The translations under genes and the position numbers were made by a program. A stretch of DNA of 64,000 nucleotides from an uncultured Candidatus Binatia bacterium. GTDB taxonomy: Bacteria > Desulfobacterota > Binatia > Bin18. The notes below the pieces were generated by a model. That model saw only the letters and a program-made list of their open reading frames with translations. It was not told the origin of the DNA and did no database searches. The stretch covers positions 3,200,001-3,264,000 of the forward strand of contig OZ243961.1 of the NCBI GenBank assembly GCA_965214605.1, read 5' to 3'. Within the stretch, counting starts at the first letter, position 1, and each line of letters begins with the position of its first letter. Below, piece after piece: positions 28,937 through 39,180 of the stretch.

Positions 28937-30037
28937 TTAGTTAATGCTGTACAGCGCAGCGGCATTCCCCCCAACAACACCGGAGAGGACATCTTCCGGC
29001 GCATCGGAGAAATGCTCCTTGATGTACTCGGCCGAGCGGGGCCACGGTGAGTCGGTATGCGGATAGTCGGATGACCACATGATCTTGGTCGCGTCGAGGC
29101 GTTTGTAGGTATCGATCCAGGTATCCTCGAACTGGAAGGTGCACCACACGTTACGCTTCACATAGTCGCTGGGCATCATCGTCAACTGGACATTCTGGAA
29201 GTGGCGCAGCCGGTCGTAGCCGTGGTCCAAGCGATACAGGAAGTGAGGCAGCCACGACACGTCGTTCTCAGCCGAGACGATTTTTAGTTTAGGATGCCGC
29301 TCGAACACACTGCCGAAGACCATATCGGCCAGGGTCAGCTGAATCTCCTGGGGCAGGCTCATATAGCCGTACAAAATATTGCTGAAATCAATCCCGTGTC
29401 CCTTGCGGGAGGTCAGGATATGCAGCGAGAGTGGCATGTTCATGTCTGCGGCCGCGGTCCAGAAGGGATCATAGTCCGGGTGGCTGTAGGGGCGGTCTTC
29501 GGGCGGTGCGCCCCAGATTAGCGCGCCCCGCAGGCCCTTCTTGGCGATCCGCTCCAGCTCGGCGATACCGGCCGGAATATCCTCCAATGTGACCGCGCCC
29601 AAGCCGACCAGCCGGTTGGGGTTGTAGCTGGTATACTCGGAAGCCCAGTCGTTAAAGGCGCTAAAGGCCGCGGCGCGCAGCTCAGCGTCTTCGAGCCCGA
29701 ACAGCAACATGCCCATTGAGGTGTACATCGCTTCGGCGCTAACGCCGTCTTTATCCTGGTCCTTGAGCCGTTCGGCCGGGTCCCACACGCTCTTGGGGGC
29801 TACGCTAAAGCCCTTTTCCATGTGGGCCGGCAGCTCTTCGGCGCTCTTGCCCGAGCCAAAGAAACCCGCCACCGGAACTGGGGTGATGTTTTCACACACA
29901 AAAAACTCGCCCGGCTTGCCGTTGTTGCCCTCGACCGTGTGGGGGGCCCGGTCGCGGAATTTTTTGTCCATTCGCTCGGCCCACATATCGGGCGGCTCAA
30001 CAAAGTGCGAATCTCCAGAGATAATACGGTGTGCCAT
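28937..30037 (-). CDS. Amidohydrolase_2 family protein
   Basis: ISGDSHFVEP, LSLH, FERHPKLKIVSAE, MWSSDYPH. Confidence 0.9.
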   Translation of the reverse strand: MAHRIISGDSHFVEPPDMWAERMDKKFRDRAPHTVEGNNGKPGEFFVCENITPVPVAGFFGSGKSAEELPAHMEKGFSVAPKSVWDPAERLKDQDKDGVSAEAMYTSMGMLLFGLEDAELRAAAFSAFNDWASEYTSYNPNRLVGLGAVTLEDIPAGIAELERIAKKGLRGALIWGAPPEDRPYSHPDYDPFWTAAADMNMPLSLHILTSRKGHGIDFSNILYGYMSLPQEIQLTLADMVFGSVFERHPKLKIVSAENDVSWLPHFLYRLDHGYDRLRHFQNVQLTMMPSDYVKRNVWCTFQFEDTWIDTYKRLDATKIMWSSDYPHTDSPWPRSAEYIKEHFSDAPEDVLSGVVGGNAAALYSIN

Positions 30038-30184
30038 GCTTGACCCTCCTTAAGAGTAAAGAATATACAAGTCCTCATGAAGGCAAAACCGGCTGAACGC
30101 TCATTCAGACGATTGACCTTCTACCCCTTTCTCTATCTCCATTAAACACTTTTCCGATTGAAGTCAAATGCTGAGAGGACCGTC

Positions 30185-31966
30185 ATGTTCAGAACAAATC
30201 CAATTTCGTTAAAAGCGCTGCTAGAAGATGCCAACAGTGGCAAGATTCAGTTGCCCGATTTCCAACGCGGCTGGGTGTGGGAGGACGACCGGATTAGGAG
30301 TTTGCTGGCAAGCGTATCGCGCGGTTTTCCGGTTGGCGCCATTATGACGCTGGAAGCCGGTGGCGAGATACAGCTCAAAGCCCGGATGATTGAAGGCGCC
30401 AGGGACGCTCCCGAGATCGCTCCTGAAGAATTTCTGCTGGACGGACAGCAACGGTTGACCGCCCTGTTCCAGTCGCTGCTGTACCAAGGGCCGGTGGATA
30501 CACATGAGAACCGCGGTCGGCGCATCAGGTGCTGGTACTACGTTGATATGCTGAAGGCAATGGACCCGAAGGTTGACCGGGAAGAGGCGATTATCAGTGT
30601 CTCGGAGGACAGAAAAAAAGCTGACCTTTCCAGGCCGGCACTGGAATACGAGCGGCATATGATACCGACGGAGAAGCTGCTGGATAGCGCGGCTTGGTTG
30701 TTCGACTACGTGAAATTCTGGAACGCCCGAGAGCACCCCAGGGGAGATCCCACCGAATTTGTTACTGGGTTCCTGAAGTCGGTAACAGATACCTTTACCA
30801 GATACGATCTGCCAGTTATCAGGTTAGACAAAGAGACGCCGAAAGAGGCGGTTTGTACTATCTTCGAAAAGGTCAACACTGGTGGCGTTCCCCTTTCGGT
30901 GTTTGAACTGGTAACGGCTATCTTTGCAGCGCAGGACGAAGCTTTCTCTCTACGAGTGGACTGGGAGGCTCGGTGCAGCCGTTTGCGTGACAAGCACAGC
31001 GTGTTGCAGGGCAGTGGCGGCAGTCAATTTTTGCAGGCCGTGGCCCTGCTGACCACACAGCAACGCCGCCGTGAGGCTATTGCCAAGGACCAGCCGCCAG
31101 ACAGGGCACCGGCAGTCAACTGCAGCAAGAATGACATTCTGGGTCTGGAAGTGACGGACTACCAAAAGTGGGCTGAAAGAGTAGAAGAGGGGTTTGTGGA
31201 GGCTGCCAAGTTTCTCCACAACCAGTTCGTGTTGACCAAAAAGAACGTCCCTTATACCGCGCAGCTGGTGCCGTTGGCCACGCTGTTCGTAGAACTTGGA
31301 CCGGACCTGAAAGGGGCCGATGCCATAGAGTTGCTGGAACGTTGGTACTGGTCAGGTATTTTTGGAGAAACCTACAGCGGTGCTGTGGAAACGCAGTATA
31401 TCCGTGACCTGATGCAGGTTCCTGAGTGGATTCGCCGTGGCGGTCCAGAACCAACCGTGGTGAGCGAAGCCAGATTCCTTCCAGAGCGGTTACTGTCCCT
31501 GCGCACTCGCCAGAGCGCTGCTGACAAGGGGCTGTATGCGCTGCAAATGAAAAGCGGCGCCTGCGACTGGAAGTCCGCTAAGTCCCTGCTCATTACTCCC
31601 TGGCACGATGAAAATGTTGACATTCACCACATCTTTCCCAAGCGATGGTGCGACCAGAAGGGGAGACCGAGGAGTCTGTATAACTCCATCATCAACAAAA
31701 CGCCCATCGACGCTAGCACGAACCGAGAGATTGGAGGGAATGCGCCATCAGCGTATCTAGGCCAGCTACAAAGCAAGATCAACGCTGACCATCTGGATCA
31801 AGTCCTGAAATCCCACTGGATTGAGCCAAACTTGTTACGCAATGACCAGTTCGACCGTTGCTTCGTGCAGCGGGGCAAAAGGATGTTGGAATTGATAGGC
31901 CAGGCGATGGGCCGGGAAATACAGGGCGGGCAGGAAGTTTTCCAGAACGCTCTAACCGAAGGGTGA
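30185..31966 (+). CDS. DUF262/DUF1524 GmrSD-like (type IV restriction-like) protein
   Basis: QLPDFQRGWVW, LLDGQQRLT, FEKVNTGG; C-terminal DIHHIFP...NSIINK HNH-like motif. Confidence 0.85.
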   Translation: MFRTNPISLKALLEDANSGKIQLPDFQRGWVWEDDRIRSLLASVSRGFPVGAIMTLEAGGEIQLKARMIEGARDAPEIAPEEFLLDGQQRLTALFQSLLYQGPVDTHENRGRRIRCWYYVDMLKAMDPKVDREEAIISVSEDRKKADLSRPALEYERHMIPTEKLLDSAAWLFDYVKFWNAREHPRGDPTEFVTGFLKSVTDTFTRYDLPVIRLDKETPKEAVCTIFEKVNTGGVPLSVFELVTAIFAAQDEAFSLRVDWEARCSRLRDKHSVLQGSGGSQFLQAVALLTTQQRRREAIAKDQPPDRAPAVNCSKNDILGLEVTDYQKWAERVEEGFVEAAKFLHNQFVLTKKNVPYTAQLVPLATLFVELGPDLKGADAIELLERWYWSGIFGETYSGAVETQYIRDLMQVPEWIRRGGPEPTVVSEARFLPERLLSLRTRQSAADKGLYALQMKSGACDWKSAKSLLITPWHDENVDIHHIFPKRWCDQKGRPRSLYNSIINKTPIDASTNREIGGNAPSAYLGQLQSKINADHLDQVLKSHWIEPNLLRNDQFDRCFVQRGKRMLELIGQAMGREIQGGQEVFQNALTEG

Positions 31967-32063
31967 TACGGTAGGGGAGGCGCTGTGGGATGACTGAGGG
32001 GCCTGCCATGGCCGGTCTAGGAGCAGGCCGAGGTATTTGAGGAGGCGGACGATGTGTCCCGCC

Positions 32064-32483
32064 TCAGCTGGATCCATCAATATGGACCTTGCGATATGAG
32101 AACAGCCACTGTCCCTGGTATTTGACCAGTCGGTCTTCATACTCTCCGGCCATGATCACCCGGCTGCCGCCCTCTTTGGTGGTTGAGGTCAGCAACAAGA
32201 AACACTTCGAGCGGGCCGTCTCTCCGTCTACCTCGGTCAGGATATTGGTGACATAGTGGCGCAGTTTGGGGCTTTCGGCCGCGAGCCGTTTGACCTCGGT
32301 GGTAAAGCGGTCGAGTTCCCTATGGGCGTCAAATTTGCCGATCACCCCGTCAAAGACGCCGTCCGGCGCAAAACAGTTGGCCCAGCTCTGGTAGTCGTCG
32401 TGGTCAATAGCGAAATTATACCGCGCGATTAGCTCGGCGATAGCGGTTTTCTCCCGGTCGCGTTGTTCTTCGGTCATGGCCAT
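32064..32483 (-). CDS. SnoaL/NTF2-like family protein
   Basis: IAELIARYNFAID, FAPDG, LRHYVTN, GEYEDRLVK. Confidence 0.85.
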   Translation of the reverse strand: MAMTEEQRDREKTAIAELIARYNFAIDHDDYQSWANCFAPDGVFDGVIGKFDAHRELDRFTTEVKRLAAESPKLRHYVTNILTEVDGETARSKCFLLLTSTTKEGGSRVIMAGEYEDRLVKYQGQWLFSYRKVHIDGSS

Positions 32484-32614
32484 TTCCTCCTGAACTCGCG
32501 GATCTCTGCCTCATGGGAGCGGTCATCACCGAGCACGGTCCTGCCCCCTTGTTCTTCTGCCAAACGCTGCGTATCGTAGATGCACAGCTGTAAGGCTTTG
32601 TAAAGGGGGAAGAT

Positions 32615-33844
32615 ATGGGAGTGTATCAAAAAGAGCCAGACGTGTTGCCGCACGAGGTCGACATGAACGCCGACAGCGTGGCAAAACTGAGCGCCTTATT
32701 CGGTCAAGCGGTCGAGTCCCAGGAGTTGTTCTGGGGGGCGCAACTGGCGCTCTTCCGCCACGGCAAGAAGGTGCTTGATCTCGGCGGGGGCTGGGCGCGG
32801 GCAAGCGACCACAAGCCGGTCGAGCCGGAGACGATGTTTGTACTGTACTCCTCAACCAAGGGTCTGGCCGCACTGTGTATGCATATGCTGCGCGACCGGG
32901 GGATGTTTGTGTATGACGATCTGGTCAGCACATATTGGCCCGAGTTCGCCCAGAACGGCAAGGAGCGGGCCACGATTACCCATATGCTGGGACATCGGAT
33001 CGGGAATACCGTTGGCCCGGACTGGTTGACCTATAAGCAGTGGGAAGATTTTGACCAATGTGCCAGGGCGATGGAGGAGTTGGCCCCGCGCTGGACGCCC
33101 GGCGAGGCCAATGGCTATCACCCCCTCAACTACGGTTTTATGATTAATGAGCTGATGCGGCGGACGGATGGGCGCGATTGCGGGACGTTCTTTCAGCAGG
33201 AAGTGGCCACTCCGCTCGGACTCAACAGCTTATTCATCGGTCTGCCGGAATCGGAAGAAGAGCGGGTCGCGTGCGTCTATGAGGCTCCGTCCGACCGGGA
33301 CTCTATCGTTGAGATGGCCAAACTCATGGGTTTTACCCCGGACGAGGAGTATTTTCGTTTTCAGCGCGACATCATGTTTGAAGAGGGGCTCGACCCCAAG
33401 GACCTGCCGTTTCCCGAGTGGGATAATATCTTTAACCGTCCCGAGGTACATCGGGTTGTGCTCGCCGGTGGGGGCGGTATTGCCGCGGCACGGGACATTG
33501 CCAAGGTGTACGCCATGCTCGCCCAGGGCGGAACCTGGGAGGGCAAACGCTTCTTGTCGCCAGAGACCCTGGAACAGAGCATTGTTCCGACGAGTGAGGC
33601 CGACGCAATTGATCGGTCTCTGCGCATTCCGGTGATCTATGGCTACGGCTGGATGCTCGGTCACCTTGCCCGTGGTGCCTCACTGCGCACCTTCGGCCAT
33701 CCGGGCAAAGGCGGCCAGACCTGCGTGGCCGATCTGGACCGGGGACTGTCGTTTGCCTTTCTGAACACCGGCCAGAAGGATTATGCCGAGTTTATGCAGT
33801 TTTCAAATGAGCTTTTATCCCTGGCCCTAGAGGCGTGTGACTAG
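32615..33844 (+). CDS. Serine hydrolase, beta-lactamase/esterase family
   Basis: SSTK (SxxK), YWPEFAQNGK, YHPLNYG, FGHPG. Confidence 0.9.
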   Translation: MGVYQKEPDVLPHEVDMNADSVAKLSALFGQAVESQELFWGAQLALFRHGKKVLDLGGGWARASDHKPVEPETMFVLYSSTKGLAALCMHMLRDRGMFVYDDLVSTYWPEFAQNGKERATITHMLGHRIGNTVGPDWLTYKQWEDFDQCARAMEELAPRWTPGEANGYHPLNYGFMINELMRRTDGRDCGTFFQQEVATPLGLNSLFIGLPESEEERVACVYEAPSDRDSIVEMAKLMGFTPDEEYFRFQRDIMFEEGLDPKDLPFPEWDNIFNRPEVHRVVLAGGGGIAAARDIAKVYAMLAQGGTWEGKRFLSPETLEQSIVPTSEADAIDRSLRIPVIYGYGWMLGHLARGASLRTFGHPGKGGQTCVADLDRGLSFAFLNTGQKDYAEFMQFSNELLSLALEACD

Positions 33845-33913
33845 TAATGGGGTTGATCCTCTACTGGATCGGGAGGATCAGGATCACCCACACGAGGGCC
33901 AGGGAGGTCTGCT

Positions 33914-35557
33914 ATGAAGTCTTTTGCGCTCGCGGTGTTGCTCACCAGCCTGTTGTTCGGTCTGTCTCGGGCGGCCGATCCGAACAGCACCGAACTCGCC
34001 CCTCCGCCCCTGTTTGATACGTTGGGAAGCTACCAGCACTCCATTACCACAACCTCTGAACTGGCCCAGCGCTATTTTAATCAAGGGCTGCGGCTGGTGT
34101 ACGGATTTAACCACGCCGAGGCACTGCGGGCCTTTCGACACGCAGCGCGGCTTGATCCGCGCTGCGCCATGGCCTACTGGGGGCTGGCTCTGGCCTTGGG
34201 CCCCAATATCAACGCGCCGATGAACGATCAGCGCGGCCGGGAGGCGTATGCCGCAATTCAGCAGGCGATTGTCCTGGCCCGACATGCCAGCCGGCACGAC
34301 CAGGCCTATATTGAAGCGCTGGCCACGCGCTATGTGGCCGAACCGGAAAGCGCCGATCGCGACGCCTTAAACCGCGCCTATGCCGAGGCCATGCGCAGCC
34401 TGTCCGAGCGCTATCCTGACGATCCCGACGCCCGGACCCTGTTTGCGGCCGCGCTGATGAATATCCGGCCGTGGGATTACTGGACACCCGACAGCCAGCC
34501 CAAAGCCAACACCCTGCAACTTGTGGCGGCTCTGGAGAGCGTTTTGGAGCGTTTTCCCGACCATATCGGGGCCATTCACTATTATATTCACGCGGTGGAA
34601 GCTTCCTCGCAGCCCGAGCGCGCTCTGCCGCATGCCCGCAGACTGGGCGTACTGAGTCCGGGCGCCGGCCATCTGGTCCATATGCCCTCACATATCTATA
34701 TGCGGCTGGGGCTCTACCATGACGCGGCGCTCAGCAATATTCGGGCGATCGAGACGGACGAAGCCTATATTGAGGCCGAATCTCCCCAGGGGATGTATCC
34801 GAACATGTACTATCCCCACAACATCGACTTTTTAGGGGCCGCACAGCAGATGGAAGGACGCAGCGCAGAAGCTATCGAAACGGCCCGTAAGTTGGCCGAG
34901 CGCGTGCCGGTCGAGCTAGCCCGCCAGATTCTCCCACTCGAAGCCTGGACCGCTGCGCCGCTGTGTGCGTTGGTCCGCTTCGGCAAATGGGAGGCGGTGC
35001 TCAAGGAGCCCCAGCCTCCCACAGACCTGCGCTATTTGACCGGGCTGTGGCACTATGCCCGAGCCCTGGCCTTTGCCGCCACTGACCGGCTGGCCGAGGC
35101 CAGAGCCGAGCAGACCGCCCTCGACTCGGTACGGATGACGTTTGAGGCTGGGCGGCAAATGATGGGCCGTAACTCGGCCACCGATCTGCTCACTATTGCT
35201 TCTCGGATCGTGGCCGGAGAACTGGCGGCCAAGACGGGGAAGACCGAAGAGGCGATTCGGCAGCTGCAAGAAGCGGTTGCCGACCAAGATCGGCTGCGCT
35301 ATAGCGAACCGCCGCCTTGGTATTATCCGGTCCGCCAATCGCTCGGGGCGGTGTTGCTTGACGCTGGTCGGCCGGCCGAGGCCGAGGTCGTCTACCGGGA
35401 GGATCTCCGACGCAATCCCGACAACGGTTGGTCGCTGTACGGGCTGGCTCAAAGCCTCCGCAACCAAGACAGAACCGTCGAGGCTAGGCGGGTCGAACAG
35501 GCGTTTCAGCAGGCCTGGGCGCAGGCCGATATTAAGCTGAGCGCGTCTCGATTCTAA
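33914..35557 (+). CDS. Secreted TPR-repeat protein with His-rich core
   Basis: Signal peptide; AQRYFNQG...FNHAEA, HYYIHAVE, GHLVHMPSHIY, NGWSLYGL. Confidence 0.8.
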   Translation: MKSFALAVLLTSLLFGLSRAADPNSTELAPPPLFDTLGSYQHSITTTSELAQRYFNQGLRLVYGFNHAEALRAFRHAARLDPRCAMAYWGLALALGPNINAPMNDQRGREAYAAIQQAIVLARHASRHDQAYIEALATRYVAEPESADRDALNRAYAEAMRSLSERYPDDPDARTLFAAALMNIRPWDYWTPDSQPKANTLQLVAALESVLERFPDHIGAIHYYIHAVEASSQPERALPHARRLGVLSPGAGHLVHMPSHIYMRLGLYHDAALSNIRAIETDEAYIEAESPQGMYPNMYYPHNIDFLGAAQQMEGRSAEAIETARKLAERVPVELARQILPLEAWTAAPLCALVRFGKWEAVLKEPQPPTDLRYLTGLWHYARALAFAATDRLAEARAEQTALDSVRMTFEAGRQMMGRNSATDLLTIASRIVAGELAAKTGKTEEAIRQLQEAVADQDRLRYSEPPPWYYPVRQSLGAVLLDAGRPAEAEVVYREDLRRNPDNGWSLYGLAQSLRNQDRTVEARRVEQAFQQAWAQADIKLSASRF

Positions 35558-35582
35558 GCCCGGCGGCACACAGGAGCACGGT

Positions 35583-36173
35583 ATGCCAAGCACTCTTCTC
35601 GGGATTTCCGGTAGTCTCACGTCCGGCGGCAGTACCCGCGCCCTTGTTGACCAGGTGCTGCGGGCGGCCAAAGGATCTTCTCCTGATATGACCACCACGG
35701 TGGTCGATCTGCGGGACGTCACGCTGTCTTTTTGTGACGGCCGACCCCTGGACGATTATCCGGACGACACCCCGCAGGTGGTCGAACGGATTCAGGCTGC
35801 GGACGCGTATGTGATCGGCACGCCGATTTATCGTGGCTCGTATACCGGGGCACTGAAAAATCTGCTCGATCACATTCCGGTCGAGGCGTTGATGGGCAAG
35901 GTCGCCGGCCTCGTCGGCAACGCTGCCTCTGATCATCACTATCTGAGCATTGACCAAGAGCTGCGTCCGGTCCTGATGTGGTTTAATATGCATCTCGTGC
36001 CGGGCAGCGTCTATGTACGCAGCAATCAGATGCAGGGCAAACAGATTATCGATGAACGTGTTCAAGAACACCTGCGTCAGCTCGGTCAAGCCGTCGTCAG
36101 CCTCCACCGCGGCGTGGCGGTCGCCGCCGGGGGCCCACCGCCGCTGAGCCGGTGGGCAGGCCGACGCGGATAG
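35583..36173 (+). CDS. NAD(P)H-dependent FMN reductase (SsuE-like)
   Basis: ISGSL, GTPIYRGSYTGALKNLLD. Confidence 0.88.
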   Translation: MPSTLLGISGSLTSGGSTRALVDQVLRAAKGSSPDMTTTVVDLRDVTLSFCDGRPLDDYPDDTPQVVERIQAADAYVIGTPIYRGSYTGALKNLLDHIPVEALMGKVAGLVGNAASDHHYLSIDQELRPVLMWFNMHLVPGSVYVRSNQMQGKQIIDERVQEHLRQLGQAVVSLHRGVAVAAGGPPPLSRWAGRRG

Positions 36174-36207
36174 ACCCTAGCTGAACGACAGCAAAGGAGG
36201 AATCCGT

Positions 36208-37233
36208 ATGCGTTTTGTCATCTTTGGTGCCGGAGCGGTCGGCAGCGTGATCGGGGCTCACCTGAGCCAGTCTGGGGCCGATGTGTTACTCATCGGCGAC
36301 GGGCCGCACGTGGACAAAATCAGGTCTGACGGACTAAAGCTGTTTGGTCGCTACGGTGAGTTTGTCTCCCATCCAGCCGCCTGCTGCACTCTCGACGAGT
36401 GGGACTGCACCCCCGATGACGTCGTTTTCTTAGCCGTGAAAACCTACGATACCCCGGTGGCGCTCGAACAGCTAGCGGCCAAAGTTCCGGCCGAGACCCC
36501 CATTTTTTGCTTCCAGAACACGATGAGTAATGAGGAAATGGCAGCCGAGCAGTTTAGCCGGGTGTACGGGGTCGCACTGCATCTGGGCGCCCGGTATGTC
36601 TTCCCTGGCGAGGTCAGCCACCTAGGCGGCAATACGCTAGTGGTCGGACGTTATCCCGAGGGACAGGATGAGACGGCCGGGACGGTTGTTGCCGCCCTGA
36701 ACAGTGCTGGCCGAGAAGCCATTCTGACCGACACCATCGTTCCCTATAAGTGGGCCAAATTCTGTGTCAATCTGCTCAACAGCCCGCTGGCTATTCTGGG
36801 CCTGTCCGGGGCTGAGGCCATGAATAACCTCGACACGCGCCTCTTCCTGGCCGAGGTCTTTGACGAGGCTCACCAGGTCTTGTCAAAAGCCGAGACCCCA
36901 ATGCAGATTCTGCCCGGCGACCGTCCGCTCCCGCAGATGGTCGAGTGGCTGCGGGGCGAGTATACGCCCAAGTCACTGCCCGACCGTAGCCAGCAGGTAT
37001 TCCCGTCCATGTGGCAGGATATCTACTGCCGCCGCGGCCGGACCGAGGCGCGCTACTTAAACGGCCGGATCGCCGCCCTGGGTCAGCAGCTTTCGATCAA
37101 CACGCCGATCAACGCCCTGCTGCCCGGCGTTGTTGACGGCATGGCCGAACGCCGGGAGCTGCCCGGAACCTACGCCTTGTCGGATTTGTACCGAATGTTG
37201 GGGCGCGAAATTCAAGACAGGAGGAGCATATGA
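36208..37233 (+). CDS. Ketopantoate reductase family (PanE/ApbA-like)
   Basis: GAGAVG, LAVKTYD, KWAKFCVN, SMWQD, TEARYLNG. Confidence 0.85.
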   Translation: MRFVIFGAGAVGSVIGAHLSQSGADVLLIGDGPHVDKIRSDGLKLFGRYGEFVSHPAACCTLDEWDCTPDDVVFLAVKTYDTPVALEQLAAKVPAETPIFCFQNTMSNEEMAAEQFSRVYGVALHLGARYVFPGEVSHLGGNTLVVGRYPEGQDETAGTVVAALNSAGREAILTDTIVPYKWAKFCVNLLNSPLAILGLSGAEAMNNLDTRLFLAEVFDEAHQVLSKAETPMQILPGDRPLPQMVEWLRGEYTPKSLPDRSQQVFPSMWQDIYCRRGRTEARYLNGRIAALGQQLSINTPINALLPGVVDGMAERRELPGTYALSDLYRMLGREIQDRRSI

Positions 37234-38282
37234 AACTGCTGGCCTTTATGGGTGTTGGCAAAATTGGCATTGTGGAAAAGCCGATTCCCGAACCTGGTCC
37301 AAATGACGCGGTTATTAAAACGACCGGCTCGTTGATCTGTACCTCGGACGTTCATAATGTGCGGGGGACGATTCCCTTGCCCGAAGGCCGCGGTCTGGGG
37401 CACGAGAGCGTTGGCACGGTCTACAAACTCGGCACTCAAGTGCGTCAACATAAAGAGGGCGATCGGGTGGCGGTCAGCGCGATTACGCCGTGCGGATGCT
37501 GTCAGCACTGCCAGCGAGGCTTTACCTCACAGTGTGGCGGGATGCTGGGCGGCTATAAATTCACCAATGCCCGCGACGGCAATCTGGCCGAGTACTTCCT
37601 GGTTAACGACGCCGACTATAATCTGGCCCCTATTCCGGACACGCTCAGCGACGAGCAAGCCCTGTACACCACGGATATGATGTCAACCGGCCTTGCCGGA
37701 GCTGAGCACGCCAACATCCCGGTCGGTGGTACAGTCGCCGTGTTTGCCCAGGGCCCGGTCGGACTATGCGCAACCGCAGCTTCGCGCTTGGTCGGAGCCG
37801 GGCTGGTGATAGCGGTCGAGTCCAAACCCGACCGCCAGGAGCTGTCCAAACGCATGGGGGCGGATATTGTTGTCGATCCCGGTCAAGGCGATGCAGTTGA
37901 ACAGATCATGGACCTGACCGAGGGAGTGGGGGTGGACTCGGCCATTGAGGCTGTCGGACTGCCGGTAACTTTTGAGAACTGCATTAAGGCGACCAAACCG
38001 GGCGGGGTGATCTCAAACATCGGCTACCACGGTGAGGCGGGTGACTCGCTGCGCATCCCCTTGCCCGAGTTCGGTCTCGGCATGAGCGATAAAACGATTC
38101 GGACCGCTCTGTGTCCGGGTGGCCGAGAGGTCACGAGCCGTTTGCTGCGTCTGCTGGAGACCGGTCGGATCAATCCGACCCTGTTGACCACCCACCGGTT
38201 TCCGTTTGCCGAGATCGAGACCGCTTTCCACATGATGGAAGTCAAGGCTGATAACATCATCAAGCCGCTGATTACCTTCTAG
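37230..38282 (+). CDS. Zinc-dependent alcohol dehydrogenase
   Basis: ICTSDVH, GHESVG, structural-Zn cysteine cluster CGCCQHC...C, GPVG. Confidence 0.92.
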   Translation: MKLLAFMGVGKIGIVEKPIPEPGPNDAVIKTTGSLICTSDVHNVRGTIPLPEGRGLGHESVGTVYKLGTQVRQHKEGDRVAVSAITPCGCCQHCQRGFTSQCGGMLGGYKFTNARDGNLAEYFLVNDADYNLAPIPDTLSDEQALYTTDMMSTGLAGAEHANIPVGGTVAVFAQGPVGLCATAASRLVGAGLVIAVESKPDRQELSKRMGADIVVDPGQGDAVEQIMDLTEGVGVDSAIEAVGLPVTFENCIKATKPGGVISNIGYHGEAGDSLRIPLPEFGLGMSDKTIRTALCPGGREVTSRLLRLLETGRINPTLLTTHRFPFAEIETAFHMMEVKADNIIKPLITF

Positions 38283-38870
38283 ATGGCTGTCGTGTGTGTT
38301 GACCGCAAGCGCCCGTTTCTGGGCTGTGTGGTCTGTCTCGTGTGTCTGTTGACGACCGCAGCCCATGGTGAAGAGCGGCTGGAGGATGGCCTGACCCTGT
38401 TCGAGCAGCGCCGCTGGACCGAAGCTCAGCGGTTTTTTTTCGACCTGCTGAGCCGCCGCCCGACTGATGCACGGGCGCACTTTTACCTGGGACGGATCGC
38501 GTTTAGCCAACAAGACTATGACAGTGCGGTAGCCCGGTTCGAGACCGCGATCGGGCTCCAGAAACACAACGCTCGCTTCCACCTATGGCTCGGCCGCGCC
38601 TACGGCCGTCAGGCCCAGCACGCCTTTGTGTGGCAGCAGTTCTGGTTGGCCCGAAAAGCGTGCCGCCAGTTTGAAATCGCGGTGGCGCTCGACCCGGACA
38701 GTGTCATCGCGCGCTGGGATCTGATGGAGTACTATCTGAAAGCGCCCGGTTTCCTAGGCGGCGGCCGGGACAAGGCCGAAAGACAGGCCCGCGAGATACA
38801 GCGGCGTGATGCTGCTGAGGGAAAAAAAGCTTGGCGACTTATTAATGAGGCCGAATCCCGGTCCGAATAG
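38283..38870 (+). CDS. Tetratricopeptide repeat protein
   Basis: Signal peptide; AHFYLGRI, HLWLGRAYG, APGFLGG. Confidence 0.8.
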   Translation: MAVVCVDRKRPFLGCVVCLVCLLTTAAHGEERLEDGLTLFEQRRWTEAQRFFFDLLSRRPTDARAHFYLGRIAFSQQDYDSAVARFETAIGLQKHNARFHLWLGRAYGRQAQHAFVWQQFWLARKACRQFEIAVALDPDSVIARWDLMEYYLKAPGFLGGGRDKAERQAREIQRRDAAEGKKAWRLINEAESRSE

Positions 38871-38913
38871 GGCGTACACAGCACTGGCTAGGGCTGCTCC
38901 GCTGCTGTCCGCC

Positions 38914-39177
38914 TCAGGCGGACTTCGTGCGTCGCATGGGCGCATTGATCACCATCTCGGCCGGATTGTTCTCGTGGATAAAGTCGATGCGGACATTAGA
39001 GGAGTCAACCGGAAGATGGCGACTGATGGTAGTCAGAATATCTTGGTGCAGAGCCTGCATCTGTTCGGGCGACAGACCTAAGCGGTCGGAGACCAGAACG
39101 GTCAGCAAGCGGTGTTTCGCCTGCTCCTTGCTCTCGTTGTTGCCCCAAAAGCGCTGAACGAGCTTGCCTAAGGCCAT
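38914..39177 (-). CDS. minE: Cell division topological specificity factor MinE
   Basis: SKEQAKHRLLTVLVSDR; downstream of minD. Confidence 0.9.
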   Translation of the reverse strand: MALGKLVQRFWGNNESKEQAKHRLLTVLVSDRLGLSPEQMQALHQDILTTISRHLPVDSSNVRIDFIHENNPAEMVINAPMRRTKSA

Positions 39178-39180
39178 GGA

